Origin: Verrucomicrobiota bacterium
GTDB lineage: Bacteria; Verrucomicrobiota; Verrucomicrobiia; Limisphaerales; Palsa-1400
Direction: 5' to 3'
Length of the DNA: 64,000 bases
NCBI GenBank assembly: GCA_049510745.1
Contig: JBEKYR010000015.1
Location: 32,001-96,000, forward strand
Shown here piece after piece: positions 1-9,169 of the stretch. The notes under the pieces are model-generated. The model did no database searches, was not told where the DNA came from, and saw only the letters and a program-made list of their open reading frames with translations. The first letter of the stretch is position 1; every line of letters begins with the position of its first letter. The position numbers were made by a program, and so were the translations under genes.

Positions 1-345
1 GCTTGCGACGAAGAGCTTGACCGTATTCCGGTAGCGTTCGAGTGTGGCCGGTGAATTACGGGCGGCGATGCTCGTGAGCCAATCGGCCAGATAATCCTCG
101 ACTGGCGGCGTGGAGAGCGAATCGCCGGTGACTTTTTCCGAAACTTCGCTCAACACCTTCCGCAGTTGCATGGTTGTCAAAGACCCCGCCCGCGCCTTCT
201 TTTCCACCCCTTCCAATCCCAAAGCGATTTGCATCGCCTGACCTCGATCCGTCGTCTTGGTTGACTTCTTCAATTGCCGTCCATCGCGGCTGGTGAAGCA
301 GGCCATCCAGAACGGAGATTCCTTGCGTTTGAGAATGTTCGCCAT
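1..345 (-). CDS. Tyrosine recombinase/integrase, N-terminal part (runs off the window edge)
   Basis: Not in the ORF track. Own translation from ATG 345: MANILKRKESPFWMACFTSRDGRQLKKSTKTTDR...VEDYLADWL...SPATLERYRNTVKLF, resembling arm-binding plus core-binding regions of phage-type integrases. Lies next to a tRNA 3' fragment. Catalytic domain is outside the window. Confidence 0.8.
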   Translation of the reverse strand, partial: MANILKRKESPFWMACFTSRDGRQLKKSTKTTDRGQAMQIALGLEGVEKKARAGSLTTMQLRKVLSEVSEKVTGDSLSTPPVEDYLADWLTSIAARNSPATLERYRNTVKLFVAS

Positions 346-350
346 ACACG

Positions 351-374
351 AGTGAGAATAAAAGTGAGAATAAA
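351..374. repeat. 12-bp tandem direct repeat AGTGAGAATAAA x2, possible integrase arm-type sites
   Basis: Exact tandem copies between the integrase start and the att-like site. The TGAGAAT core recurs near 330 and 427. Confidence 0.55.
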
Positions 375-444
375 AAGTTCAAGAAAAAAGTTTCATAAAA
401 TCGCATCTAACTGCAAATCAATGTCTTGAGAATGGTGAATCGAG

Positions 445-508
445 ACGAGGGTTCGATTCCCTATGTCCTCCCATAGCGCGAAGCGCGACAGCGGATTCAC
501 CCGCTCCA
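445..508 (+). mobile_element. att site: tRNA-Gly-like 3' fragment interrupted by a 34-bp insert
   Basis: ACGAGGGTTCGATTCCCT (445-462) plus TCACCCGCTCCA (497-508) rebuild the T-arm and acceptor 3' strand with CCA typical of tRNA-Gly. No 5' half is present. Confidence 0.75.
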
Positions 509-570
509 TGCAAGCTTCGTCAGTCATTCAAGTTACACGTGGTTGCTAAAATAATGTAGCGGCTTTGGAA

Positions 571-900
571 TTACTTGGTCTGGGAGAACAGGAGCACGAC
601 CCGGGGTCCTCTTGGGGTCTCGATTTGCCACTTCGGTTCCTCGAGGTCGTCCGGAACTACCAACCCGTCGCAAGTGCTGTCATAACTCGGCTTTCCATCC
701 ACCAGGAATACGTAGCGATGTGTGTGGTTGTTCCGGATATCATTCAGAGTAGCAGTCCAAGTCTTCGTCGGCATGTCATAGGCCAAAGGAACTCTCTGCC
801 AATCACTGAAAAAGCCGACGACTTCGACAGTCGTGGGAGGCGGTGTTTGCCCGTCCGAGACGGGCCAACGAAATTTCTTTGTGAAGCCGAGGTGCTGCTC
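571..900 (-). pseudogene. CBM48/AMPK-beta-like glycogen-binding domain protein, 5' end probably lost
   Basis: FRWP...VEVVGFFSDWQRVPL...WTATL...HRYVFLVDGKP fits the early-set/CBM48 pattern. The upstream part of the ORF overlaps the ATPase remnant. Confidence 0.6.
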
Positions 901-1112
901 CTGTGCATCAGGAGAGTTTTGCCCACGCCGTTGGGGCCGTGGAGCAAGCCGCAGGCCCGAACGGCGACCCACTGTTCGAGGCGGCGGCGGGTTTCCTTAA
1001 AGGTGTCCGAGGCATACGGTTTTTCCACCAACGCGCCGAAGGGCAACTGGCTGGCGCCCCAGAGGGTTTTGAGGGCGGTGTCCAAGTCAAGAGGATTTAT
1101 CGCGGCGGTCAT
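901..1112 (-). pseudogene. ExeA-like AAA ATPase fragment (transposon helper)
   Basis: MTAAINPLDL...PF...GLLHGPNGVGKTLL: Walker A motif, with similarity ending right after it. Overlaps the transposase stop. Confidence 0.7.
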
Positions 1113-1700
1113 AATCGCGGTCGGTATAGGTTTTGGCGTTGAGTTGTTTGTCGCAACGGCGGGCTGGGCCGACATATTTGTCGTCCCGCCAGATTTCGAT
1201 CCGGCGCCAGCCAAAGGAATCGAAGCGCACCTGGATGAGTTGGCCGCGCAGATGAACAGGCGCTTCCCACAGTTGGCCCTCCAGACTAAAGGTGGCGTCC
1301 AGGCGCACGCGGCGCTGGGTGCGGGACAGGAAGAGGCCCTCCCAGTCGGTTTGACTATCGGCCGTGCGCAAGTTGACCGCGCTTTGGGCGAAGCGTTCAG
1401 CCGGAGTCTGCCCTTCCAAGGCGCTGTGAGGCCGTTGGTGATATTCGCTTTCAATCCAACGCCAGAGGCGGGCATTGAGTTCTTCCAGGGTATGGACTGG
1501 GTCGAGGATCAGGCGGGCCTCGAAATCCATTTGCAGGGTGCGAAACCAGCGCTCCTGCTTTCCCCGCGACCAGGCCGCATAAGGCTGGGCGTGGCACAGC
1601 CTCACCCCCAGATTGGCGCACACGATTTGCAGATGATAGCTGGTGAAGATTTTGCCCTGATCGGTGTCGAGTTTTTCGGGGAAGCCGCGCCGGGCCAGGC
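1087..1700 (-). pseudogene. DDE integrase-core transposase with Mu-like C-terminus, 5'-truncated
   Basis: RGFPEKLDTDQGKIF...HAQPYAAWSRGKQERWFRT...EYHQRPHSALEGQTPAERF...RRVRLDATFSL. The first catalytic Asp and the HTH are missing. Confidence 0.8.
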
Positions 1701-1845
1701 CCTGCCGGAACCAATCCTGGAGACGAACGGGCCAAGGCCTGTTGCCTGCCTTCGATGAGTCCCTTCCCTTCCGAGGCTGAGATCGTCGAGAAACCGCATC
1801 CGGGACCATTCCCAATCATCGGAAAAGACGAGAAAGACGAATTTG

Positions 1846-1876
1846 TTTGCCTCTTTTGGGCTGTTTTCTTGCATTG
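1846..1876 (+). promoter_or_regulatory. Candidate ECF sigma promoter, copy 1
   Basis: TTTGCCTCTTT-N10-TCTTGCATTG upstream of the kinase. Same motif and spacing at 4973-5003. Confidence 0.6.
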
Positions 1877-1894
1877 AAGGGTGAATGATAGGAT

Positions 1895-4800
1895 TTGCCC
1901 ATGCCTCAGCCATCTGAACGCGAGATTGAAGTTTTCAACGCGGCGCTGGAATTGCCGGCTGCGGAGCGGGTCGCTTACCTGGATCAGGCCTGCGCCGGCG
2001 ACGACGCACTGCGCCAGCGCGTCGAGGAATTCCTTCAGGCCGGTGACAAAGCGGGTGCCTTCCTCGAACGCCCGGCGGCTTTTCCGCCCGGATCGGGCGG
2101 AACCATACAAATCGCACAGGTTGCCGCCGAGAAACCCGGCGACTGGATTGGCCGCTACAAACTGCTCCAACAAATCGGCGAGGGCGGTTGCGGCGTGGTT
2201 TATATGGCCGAGCAGGAGGAACCGGTCAGCCGCCGGGTCGCGCTCAAGGTCATCAAACTTGGCATGGACACCAAGAGCGTCATCGCCCGGTTCGAGGCCG
2301 AGCGGCAGGCGCTGGCGTTGATGGACCATCCCAACATCGCCAAGGTTCTGGAGGCCGGCGCGACGGAAACCGGCCGGCCGTACTTTGTCATGGAATTGGT
2401 GCGCGGCATCAAAATCACCGATTACTGCGACCAGAACAATCTCTCCACCCATGAACGGCTTGGTCTTTTCATTCAAATTTGTCGTGCCATCCAGCACGCG
2501 CACCAGAAAGGCGTCATTCATCGGGACATCAAGCCCTCGAACATCCTGGTCACAACGAACGACGGCGTGCCCCTGCCCAAGGTGATTGACTTTGGCATCG
2601 CCAAGGCCACGCAAGGCAAATTGACCGATCGAACCTTCTTCACCGCCTTCGAACAATTTATTGGGACGCCTGCCTACATGAGTCCGGAGCAGGCGGAGAT
2701 GAGCGCGCTGGATATTGACACGCGCAGCGACATCTACAGTCTGGGCGTATTGCTCTACGAATTGCTGACCGGCCAGACGCCTTTTGACGCCAAAAAGCTG
2801 CTGCAAGCCGGCTTGGATGAAATCCGCCGCACGATTCGGGAGCAGGAGCCGGCGCGTCCCTCGACGCGCCTCAGCACGATGCTAGGGGCGGACCTGACGG
2901 CCATAGCCAAGCACAGGAAAGTCGAACCGCCCAGGCTGGTTCATTTGCTGCGTGGCGACTTGGACTGGATCGTGATGAAAGCGTTGGAAAAGGATCGTAC
3001 GCGCCGTTACGAGACCGCCAATGGATTGGCTGCGGATATCCAGCGACATTTGAGCAACGAACCGGTGGTGGCCCGGCCAGCGAGCAATCTCTACAAATTC
3101 CAGAAACTGGCTCGACGGAACAAACTTGCCTTTATCGCCGCCAGCGCGGTGGCCGCCTCGCTCGTTATCGGTATGGGCTTGTCCACCTGGCTGTTCTTTA
3201 AAGAAAAGGCGGCGCATGAACGGGCCGTCGCCGCCGAAAAAACCCAGCACCAGTTGCGCCGACAAGCCCAAGCCGACGAGAAGAAGGCCCAGACCGAAGC
3301 CAACAAGAGCCGGCAAGTGGCCCAATTCCTAAAGGACATGCTCGCGGGCGTCGGCCCATCAGTCGCCTTGGGCCGGGACACGAAGATGCTGAAGGAGATC
3401 CTGGACAAGATCGTTGAGCGCGTGGGCAAAGACCTGACCAACCAGCCGGAGGTGGAGGAGGAATTGCGGAGCACAATCGGGAGCACCTACTTTGAACTCG
3501 GTGACTACTCGAAGGCCGTAGCGATGCAACGCGAGGCCCTGAGGCTCAGAAGAGCGCTGTTTGGTGAAACGAACGAATTGGTGGCCGCCTCACTCAACAG
3601 CTTGGGCTGCGCGCTGGACTACCAGGGCCGGCGACCCGAATCTGAGCGCGTCCTGCGGCAGGCATTGGAGATGCGCAGGAAACTATTGGGCGGCGAGCAC
3701 CTGGATGTGGCCACCTCGCTCCACGACCTCGCCCGCCCGGTCGGCGCTCAAGGCCGGGAGCCGGAAGCCGAGGCCCTGTATCGTGAAGCGCTGGCAATAC
3801 GGAGGAAACTGTCAGGCAACAAGAACCCGGAGGTGGCCCTGACGCTCGTCCAACTTGCCACGGTGCTCTGTAGGGAAGGCAAACTGGGCGAGGCTGAAAC
3901 CATGGGTCGAGAGGGACTCACCCTGTCCAGAGCAGTGTATGGCGACGAGCATCCGGAGGTAGCCCGGGCGATCGACAACCTAAGCGGCGAACTCCGAAGC
4001 CAAGGTAAACTAGCCGAGGCCGAGAGCCTGTCCCGCGAGGCCCTGGCAATGAAAAGAAAGCTTTTCGGTAACGAGCACCCCCTCGTGGCCCTCGCCCTCG
4101 CCGGCTTGGCGAGGGTGCTTCGGCTCGAGGGCAAACTGTCGGAGGCTGAAACCACTGGTCGCGAGGTGGTAAACCTGTATAAAAAGCTGCCCGACATCGA
4201 CCAAACGCCCGCAATCTGGTCGCGCAACGACCTGGGGCAGGTTCTCATGCGCGAAGGCAAATTTGACGAGGCTGAACAACTTCTCAACGACGTTCTAACC
4301 CCAGCCGGTGAGACCCAGCCCAAGAACGCCGGACTGCTGCGCGAGCGCGGCGAATTGCGCGCCCGGATGGGTCACTGGAAAGAGGCGGCGGCGGACTTCT
4401 CCAGGGTGGTCGAGTTTGAGCCGGAGGACCACGAAGCCTGTCACTCGCTCGCGCCCTTGCTCGTGCAAAGCGGCGATCTCGAAGGCTACCGCCGTCTTTG
4501 CGCGCGAGTCGTGGCGTGCTTCGGTGGAACCAATGACCCGGTCCTAGCCGAACGGATGGCCAAAGATTGTTTGATGCTCCCCAGGCCGGGCGCGGAGCTG
4601 ACGACCGAAAGCAATTGGGCCGACGCGGCTGTGACCATGGGCAAGAACCATCAGTATTTGGCGTATTTTCAGTTCGTGAAAGGCTTGGCCGAGTATCGCC
4701 AGGGCCATTTTGCCAGCGCGGTCGAATTGACGCAGAAAGTTCTGGCGAAAACCGGGCAGTTTCCCTTCCGCGACGTTGAGGCCTGCATGGTGTTGGCGAT

Positions 4801-4972
4801 GGCGCAGTGCCAGTCCAGCCAAATGGACGAGGCCCGCGCCACCCTTGCCAGAGGGGTTAAGATTGCAGAAACGAAGCTGCCCAAGATCGAGAGCGGCGAC
4901 CTCGGTGACGATTGGGGAGATTGGATCGTTTCCCAAGCCCTCCTCAAAGAAGCCAAGGCGCTCATTAAATAA
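1895..4972 (+). CDS. Hanks-type Ser/Thr protein kinase with TM segment and TPR repeats
   Basis: IGEGGCGVVY, VALKVIK, HRDIKPSN, DFGIAK, GTPAYMSPEQ; TM segment AFIAASAVAASLVIGMGLSTWLFF; kinesin-light-chain-like TPRs (LFGNEHPLVA). Confidence 0.95.
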   Translation: MPMPQPSEREIEVFNAALELPAAERVAYLDQACAGDDALRQRVEEFLQAGDKAGAFLERPAAFPPGSGGTIQIAQVAAEKPGDWIGRYKLLQQIGEGGCGVVYMAEQEEPVSRRVALKVIKLGMDTKSVIARFEAERQALALMDHPNIAKVLEAGATETGRPYFVMELVRGIKITDYCDQNNLSTHERLGLFIQICRAIQHAHQKGVIHRDIKPSNILVTTNDGVPLPKVIDFGIAKATQGKLTDRTFFTAFEQFIGTPAYMSPEQAEMSALDIDTRSDIYSLGVLLYELLTGQTPFDAKKLLQAGLDEIRRTIREQEPARPSTRLSTMLGADLTAIAKHRKVEPPRLVHLLRGDLDWIVMKALEKDRTRRYETANGLAADIQRHLSNEPVVARPASNLYKFQKLARRNKLAFIAASAVAASLVIGMGLSTWLFFKEKAAHERAVAAEKTQHQLRRQAQADEKKAQTEANKSRQVAQFLKDMLAGVGPSVALGRDTKMLKEILDKIVERVGKDLTNQPEVEEELRSTIGSTYFELGDYSKAVAMQREALRLRRALFGETNELVAASLNSLGCALDYQGRRPESERVLRQALEMRRKLLGGEHLDVATSLHDLARPVGAQGREPEAEALYREALAIRRKLSGNKNPEVALTLVQLATVLCREGKLGEAETMGREGLTLSRAVYGDEHPEVARAIDNLSGELRSQGKLAEAESLSREALAMKRKLFGNEHPLVALALAGLARVLRLEGKLSEAETTGREVVNLYKKLPDIDQTPAIWSRNDLGQVLMREGKFDEAEQLLNDVLTPAGETQPKNAGLLRERGELRARMGHWKEAAADFSRVVEFEPEDHEACHSLAPLLVQSGDLEGYRRLCARVVACFGGTNDPVLAERMAKDCLMLPRPGAELTTESNWADAAVTMGKNHQYLAYFQFVKGLAEYRQGHFASAVELTQKVLAKTGQFPFRDVEACMVLAMAQCQSSQMDEARATLARGVKIAETKLPKIESGDLGDDWGDWIVSQALLKEAKALIK

Positions 4973-5003
4973 TTTGCCCCTTTGTCCCCGGAATCTTGCA
5001 TTG
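4973..5003 (+). promoter_or_regulatory. Candidate ECF sigma promoter, copy 2
   Basis: TTTGCCCCTTT-N10-TCTTGCATTG directly after the kinase stop and before LRR gene 1. Confidence 0.6.
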
Positions 5004-5064
5004 GTTAACGGTGGGCCAAACTGCCCGGCCACTGAAAATGACACTGAACTGAAAAGACACCGTT

Positions 5065-7281
5065 ATGATTGATTTGAACCATTGCCGAAAAACAACAGGG
5101 TCTGTTCTTTTGGGTTTGCTGCTGCTGGCCGCGCCGTCAGCGATGCAAGCCCAACTCTATTTCGCGACCAATAACGGCGCGATCACCCTCACCGAATACG
5201 ATGGTGCCGGGGGTGCCGTCGTGATTCCCAACTTCGTCACCAGCATCGGGGAGTATGCGTTCCATCAATGCCTCCTGACCAGCGTCACGATTCCCGACAG
5301 CGTCACCAGCATAGGGGTGGGTGCGTTCTATGGCTGCTCCGCCCTGACCAGCGTCACGATTCCCGGCAGCGTCACCAACATCGGCGACGGGGCGTTCGCT
5401 GGTTGCGGCCTGAACAGCGTCGCGATTCTCGGCGGCGTCACCAGCATCGGGGAGTATGCGTTCGCTGACTGCTATGGCCTGACCAGCATCACCATTCCCG
5501 ACAGCGTCATCAGCATCTGGGATTATGCGTTCGAGGACTGCACAAGCCTGACCAGCATTACGATCCCCGCCGGCGTCACCAATATCGGGGAGGGTGCGTT
5601 CGAAGGCTGCTCCAGCCTGACGAACGCCACGATCGACAACGGCGTCCCCAGCACCGGGGCGGATGCGTTCTTCAACACCAAACTAACCATCATCACGATA
5701 GGCATCGGCGTCACCAATATCTGGGCGTTTCCATTTTCTGATTGCGGCTTCTTGACAGCGATAACGGTTGATGCGCAAAACTTGTTTTATAGCAGTACCA
5801 ATGGAGTCTTGTTTGACAAGAGCCAAACGACCCTCATTCAATATCCGCCCGGACTGGCCGGAAGTTACACCATTCCCGGCAGCGTGACGACCATCGGGGA
5901 CGATGCGTTCGAATACTGCTACGGCCTGACCAGTGTCACGATTCCCGGGAGCGTTACCAGCATCGGGGATTATGCGTTCTATGATTGCGGCCTGACCAGC
6001 GTTACGATTCCCGGCAGCGTCACCAATATCGGGGAGGGTGCGTTCGGTGCCACCCGCCTGACCACCGTCACGATCCCCGGCAGCGTCACCCGCATTGGAT
6101 TTGCTGCGTTCGCCGGCTGCCCACTGGGCGCGATCACGGTGGATCCCAACAACTCGTTTTATAGCGACGTGGATGGAGTGTTGTTCAACCAGAGCCAAAC
6201 CACGCTTGTTCAGTATCCTGGCGGCTTAAACGGAAGTTACACCATTCCCGACAGCGCCACCAGCATCGAGACGTATGCGTTTGCGGACTGCACCGGCCTG
6301 ACCAGCGTCACCATTCCCAACAGCATCCCCAGCATTGGGGATGATGCGTTCTATTACTGCACCAGCCTCACAAACGTCACGATTCCCGGCAGCGTCACCA
6401 GCATCGGGGTGTGGGCGTTCTATGAATGCTACGGCTTGACCAATGTCACGATTCCCGGCAGCGTCACCAACATCGGGGATTATGCGTTCTTTGGCTGCGA
6501 CGACCTGACCAGCGTCATGATCGCCAACGGCGTCACCAGCATCGGGGATAGTGCGTTCGCTTATTCCGGACTGACCCGCATCACCCTTCCCAGCAGCGTC
6601 ACCAGCATCGCGGACTCGGCGTTTCAGGGTTGCGGCGGCCTGACCAATGTCACCATTCCCAACAGTGTCAACAGCATCGGAGATTATGCGTTCTATGATT
6701 GCGGCCTGACCAGCATCACGATTTTCGGCAGCGTCACCAACATCGGGGCGGGTGCGTTCGGTGCCACCCGCCTGACCACCGTCACGATCCCCGGCAGCGT
6801 CACCAGCATCGGGGAGGGTGCATTCGAGAGCTGCACCAGGCTGTCGAGCGTCACGATTCCCGACAGCGTCACCAACATCGGAAATAATACATTCTATGAC
6901 TGCCTTCGACTGACCAACGTCTATTTCCAGGGCAACGCTCCGACCACTGGTTCCTCGGTGTTCTATTCTGACACCAAGGCCATAGGCTATTATTTCCCTG
7001 GCACTTCCGGTTGGAATGGCTTCATTGCCGATTGTCCTGTCGTGATGTGGAACCCGCTTATTCAGGTGGGCGATGGCAGCTTCGGGGTGCAGAACAATCA
7101 ATTTGGGTTCAACATCACCGGCACAAAAAATTTCACGGTCGTGGTGGCAGCCTGCACGAATCTGGCCGGCCCGGTTTGGGTTCCGCTCGCCACCAACACG
7201 CTGGTCAACGGTTCGTTCCATTTCAGCGATCCGCAGTGGACCAATTACCCCAACCGCTTTTACAGCCTCCAAATGCCATGA
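5065..7281 (+). CDS. Secreted BspA/TpLRR-type (LRR_5) protein 1
   Basis: Signal peptide; repeats of LTSVTIPGSVTSIGxxAFxxC; conserved C-terminal domain WNPLIQ...RFYSLQMP. Confidence 0.93.
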   Translation: MIDLNHCRKTTGSVLLGLLLLAAPSAMQAQLYFATNNGAITLTEYDGAGGAVVIPNFVTSIGEYAFHQCLLTSVTIPDSVTSIGVGAFYGCSALTSVTIPGSVTNIGDGAFAGCGLNSVAILGGVTSIGEYAFADCYGLTSITIPDSVISIWDYAFEDCTSLTSITIPAGVTNIGEGAFEGCSSLTNATIDNGVPSTGADAFFNTKLTIITIGIGVTNIWAFPFSDCGFLTAITVDAQNLFYSSTNGVLFDKSQTTLIQYPPGLAGSYTIPGSVTTIGDDAFEYCYGLTSVTIPGSVTSIGDYAFYDCGLTSVTIPGSVTNIGEGAFGATRLTTVTIPGSVTRIGFAAFAGCPLGAITVDPNNSFYSDVDGVLFNQSQTTLVQYPGGLNGSYTIPDSATSIETYAFADCTGLTSVTIPNSIPSIGDDAFYYCTSLTNVTIPGSVTSIGVWAFYECYGLTNVTIPGSVTNIGDYAFFGCDDLTSVMIANGVTSIGDSAFAYSGLTRITLPSSVTSIADSAFQGCGGLTNVTIPNSVNSIGDYAFYDCGLTSITIFGSVTNIGAGAFGATRLTTVTIPGSVTSIGEGAFESCTRLSSVTIPDSVTNIGNNTFYDCLRLTNVYFQGNAPTTGSSVFYSDTKAIGYYFPGTSGWNGFIADCPVVMWNPLIQVGDGSFGVQNNQFGFNITGTKNFTVVVAACTNLAGPVWVPLATNTLVNGSFHFSDPQWTNYPNRFYSLQMP

Positions 7282-7307
7282 GAATTCCGAACTGAAAAGA
7301 CACCATT

Positions 7308-9143
7308 ATGATTGATTTGAATCCTTCCCGAAAAACAACATGGCCCATCCTTTTAGGTTTGCTGCTGCTGGCCGCACCAGCGGCGGTGCAAGCCCAATTC
7401 GATTACGCGACCAATAACGGCGCGATCACCCTCACCGAATACACTGGCGCTGGGGGTGCGGTCGTGATTTCCAACTTCGTCACCAGCATCGGGGTGGAGG
7501 CATTCGAATACCGCACCGGCCTGACGAGCGTCACGATTCCCGGCAGCGTCACCAGCATCGGGGATTCTGCGTTCTTTTACTGCGCCGGCCTGACCAGCGT
7601 CACGATTCCCGGCAGCGTCACCAGCATCGGGGCGAATGCGTTCCAGGAATGCACCGGCCTGACCAACGTCACCATTCCCGGAAGCGTCACCAGCATCGGG
7701 GAGGAGGCGTTCAATGCAAGCGGCCTGACCAGCGTCACGATTCCCGGCAGCGTCACCAACTTGGGGGATTATGCGTTCTGTTCTTGCGGCAGCCTGACCA
7801 ATGCCACGATCGAAAATGGCGTCGCCAGCATCGGGGATTATGCGTTCGCTTACTGCTACGGCCTGACCAGCGTGACGATCTACAGCGGCGTCACCAGCAT
7901 CGGGAATTATGCGTTCGCTGACGCCAGCCTGAGCAGCGTCACGATTCCCGGCAGCGTCACCAACCTCGGGGATGGTGCGTTCTCTTACTGCCGTGAGCTA
8001 ACCAACGTCACGATCTCCAACGGGGTCACCAGCATCGGAGATTCTGCGTTCTATGGCTGCTCCAGTCTGACCAGCGTCACCATTCCCGACAGTGTCACCA
8101 ACATCGGGGGGTATGCGTTCGGTGGCTGCACCGGCCTGACCAGCGTCACGATTCCCGACAGCGTCACCTCCATCGGAGATTTTGCGTTCGAAAGCGACGG
8201 CTTGACCAGTGTCACCATTCCCAACAGCGTCACCAGCATCGGGTACGGTGCGTTCGAGTTCACCGACCTGACCAGCGTCACGATTCCCAGCAGCGTCACC
8301 AGCATCGGGGATGCTGCGTTCGCTGGCTGCGGCGGGCTGACCGCGATCACGGTGGATCCAAATAACTCCTTTTTTAGCGATCTGGATGGAGTGTTGTTCG
8401 ACTCGAGCCAATCCACCATTGTCCAGTATCCTGGCGGCCTGACGGGAAGTTACAGAATTCCCGGCAGCGTCACCAGCATCGGGGATGATGCGTTCTCTTG
8501 GTGCTACGGCCTGACCAACGTCACCATTCCCGACAGTGTCACCAGCATCGGGGATGGTGCGTTTTCTTACTCCGGCCTGACCAGTGTCACGATCCCCGGC
8601 AGCATCACCAACTTCGGTGGGGGTGTGTTCTTTGACTGCTCCAGGCTGAGGAGCATCACGCTGTCCCACGGCCTGAGCACCATTGGGTTCGATGCGTTCT
8701 ATGAATGCGACCTCCTGACCAGCGTCACGATTCCCAACAGCGTCACCAACATCGGGGGTGAGGCGTTCTTAGGCTGCTCCAGGCTGACGAGTGTCTATTT
8801 CCTGGGCAACGCCCCCACCGTTGGTGGTGAGGGTGTTTTCAGTTATCCCTACGGGACGGTCTATTATTTGCCTGCCACCACAGGCTGGAGTTCCTCTTTT
8901 GCCGTGCTGTGGAACCCGCTGATCCAGGTGGGCGACGGCAGCTTCGGCGTGCAGAACCATCAATTCGGGTTCAACATCACCGGCACCAACAATTTTACGG
9001 TGGTGGTGGCAGCCTGCACCAATCTGGCCGGTGCGGTTTGGGTTCCGCTCACCACCAACACGCTGGTCAACGGTTCGTTCCATTTCAGCGATCCCCAGTG
9101 GACCAATTACCCCAACCGCTTCTACAGCCTGCAAATGCCATGA
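7308..9143 (+). CDS. Secreted BspA-type LRR protein 2
   Basis: Same architecture, with N- and C-termini nearly identical to protein 1. Confidence 0.93.
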   Translation: MIDLNPSRKTTWPILLGLLLLAAPAAVQAQFDYATNNGAITLTEYTGAGGAVVISNFVTSIGVEAFEYRTGLTSVTIPGSVTSIGDSAFFYCAGLTSVTIPGSVTSIGANAFQECTGLTNVTIPGSVTSIGEEAFNASGLTSVTIPGSVTNLGDYAFCSCGSLTNATIENGVASIGDYAFAYCYGLTSVTIYSGVTSIGNYAFADASLSSVTIPGSVTNLGDGAFSYCRELTNVTISNGVTSIGDSAFYGCSSLTSVTIPDSVTNIGGYAFGGCTGLTSVTIPDSVTSIGDFAFESDGLTSVTIPNSVTSIGYGAFEFTDLTSVTIPSSVTSIGDAAFAGCGGLTAITVDPNNSFFSDLDGVLFDSSQSTIVQYPGGLTGSYRIPGSVTSIGDDAFSWCYGLTNVTIPDSVTSIGDGAFSYSGLTSVTIPGSITNFGGGVFFDCSRLRSITLSHGLSTIGFDAFYECDLLTSVTIPNSVTNIGGEAFLGCSRLTSVYFLGNAPTVGGEGVFSYPYGTVYYLPATTGWSSSFAVLWNPLIQVGDGSFGVQNHQFGFNITGTNNFTVVVAACTNLAGAVWVPLTTNTLVNGSFHFSDPQWTNYPNRFYSLQMP

Positions 9144-9169
9144 GGCTTCCGAACTGAAAAGACACCATT

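Noticed and set aside
56..406. 116-aa ORF on the minus strand
   Set aside because: It is an alternative frame over the integrase N-terminus, which has the recognisable protein pattern.
565..1758. 397-aa plus-strand ORF
   Set aside because: Antisense shadow of the transposase, ATPase and CBM48 remnants, with no motifs of its own.
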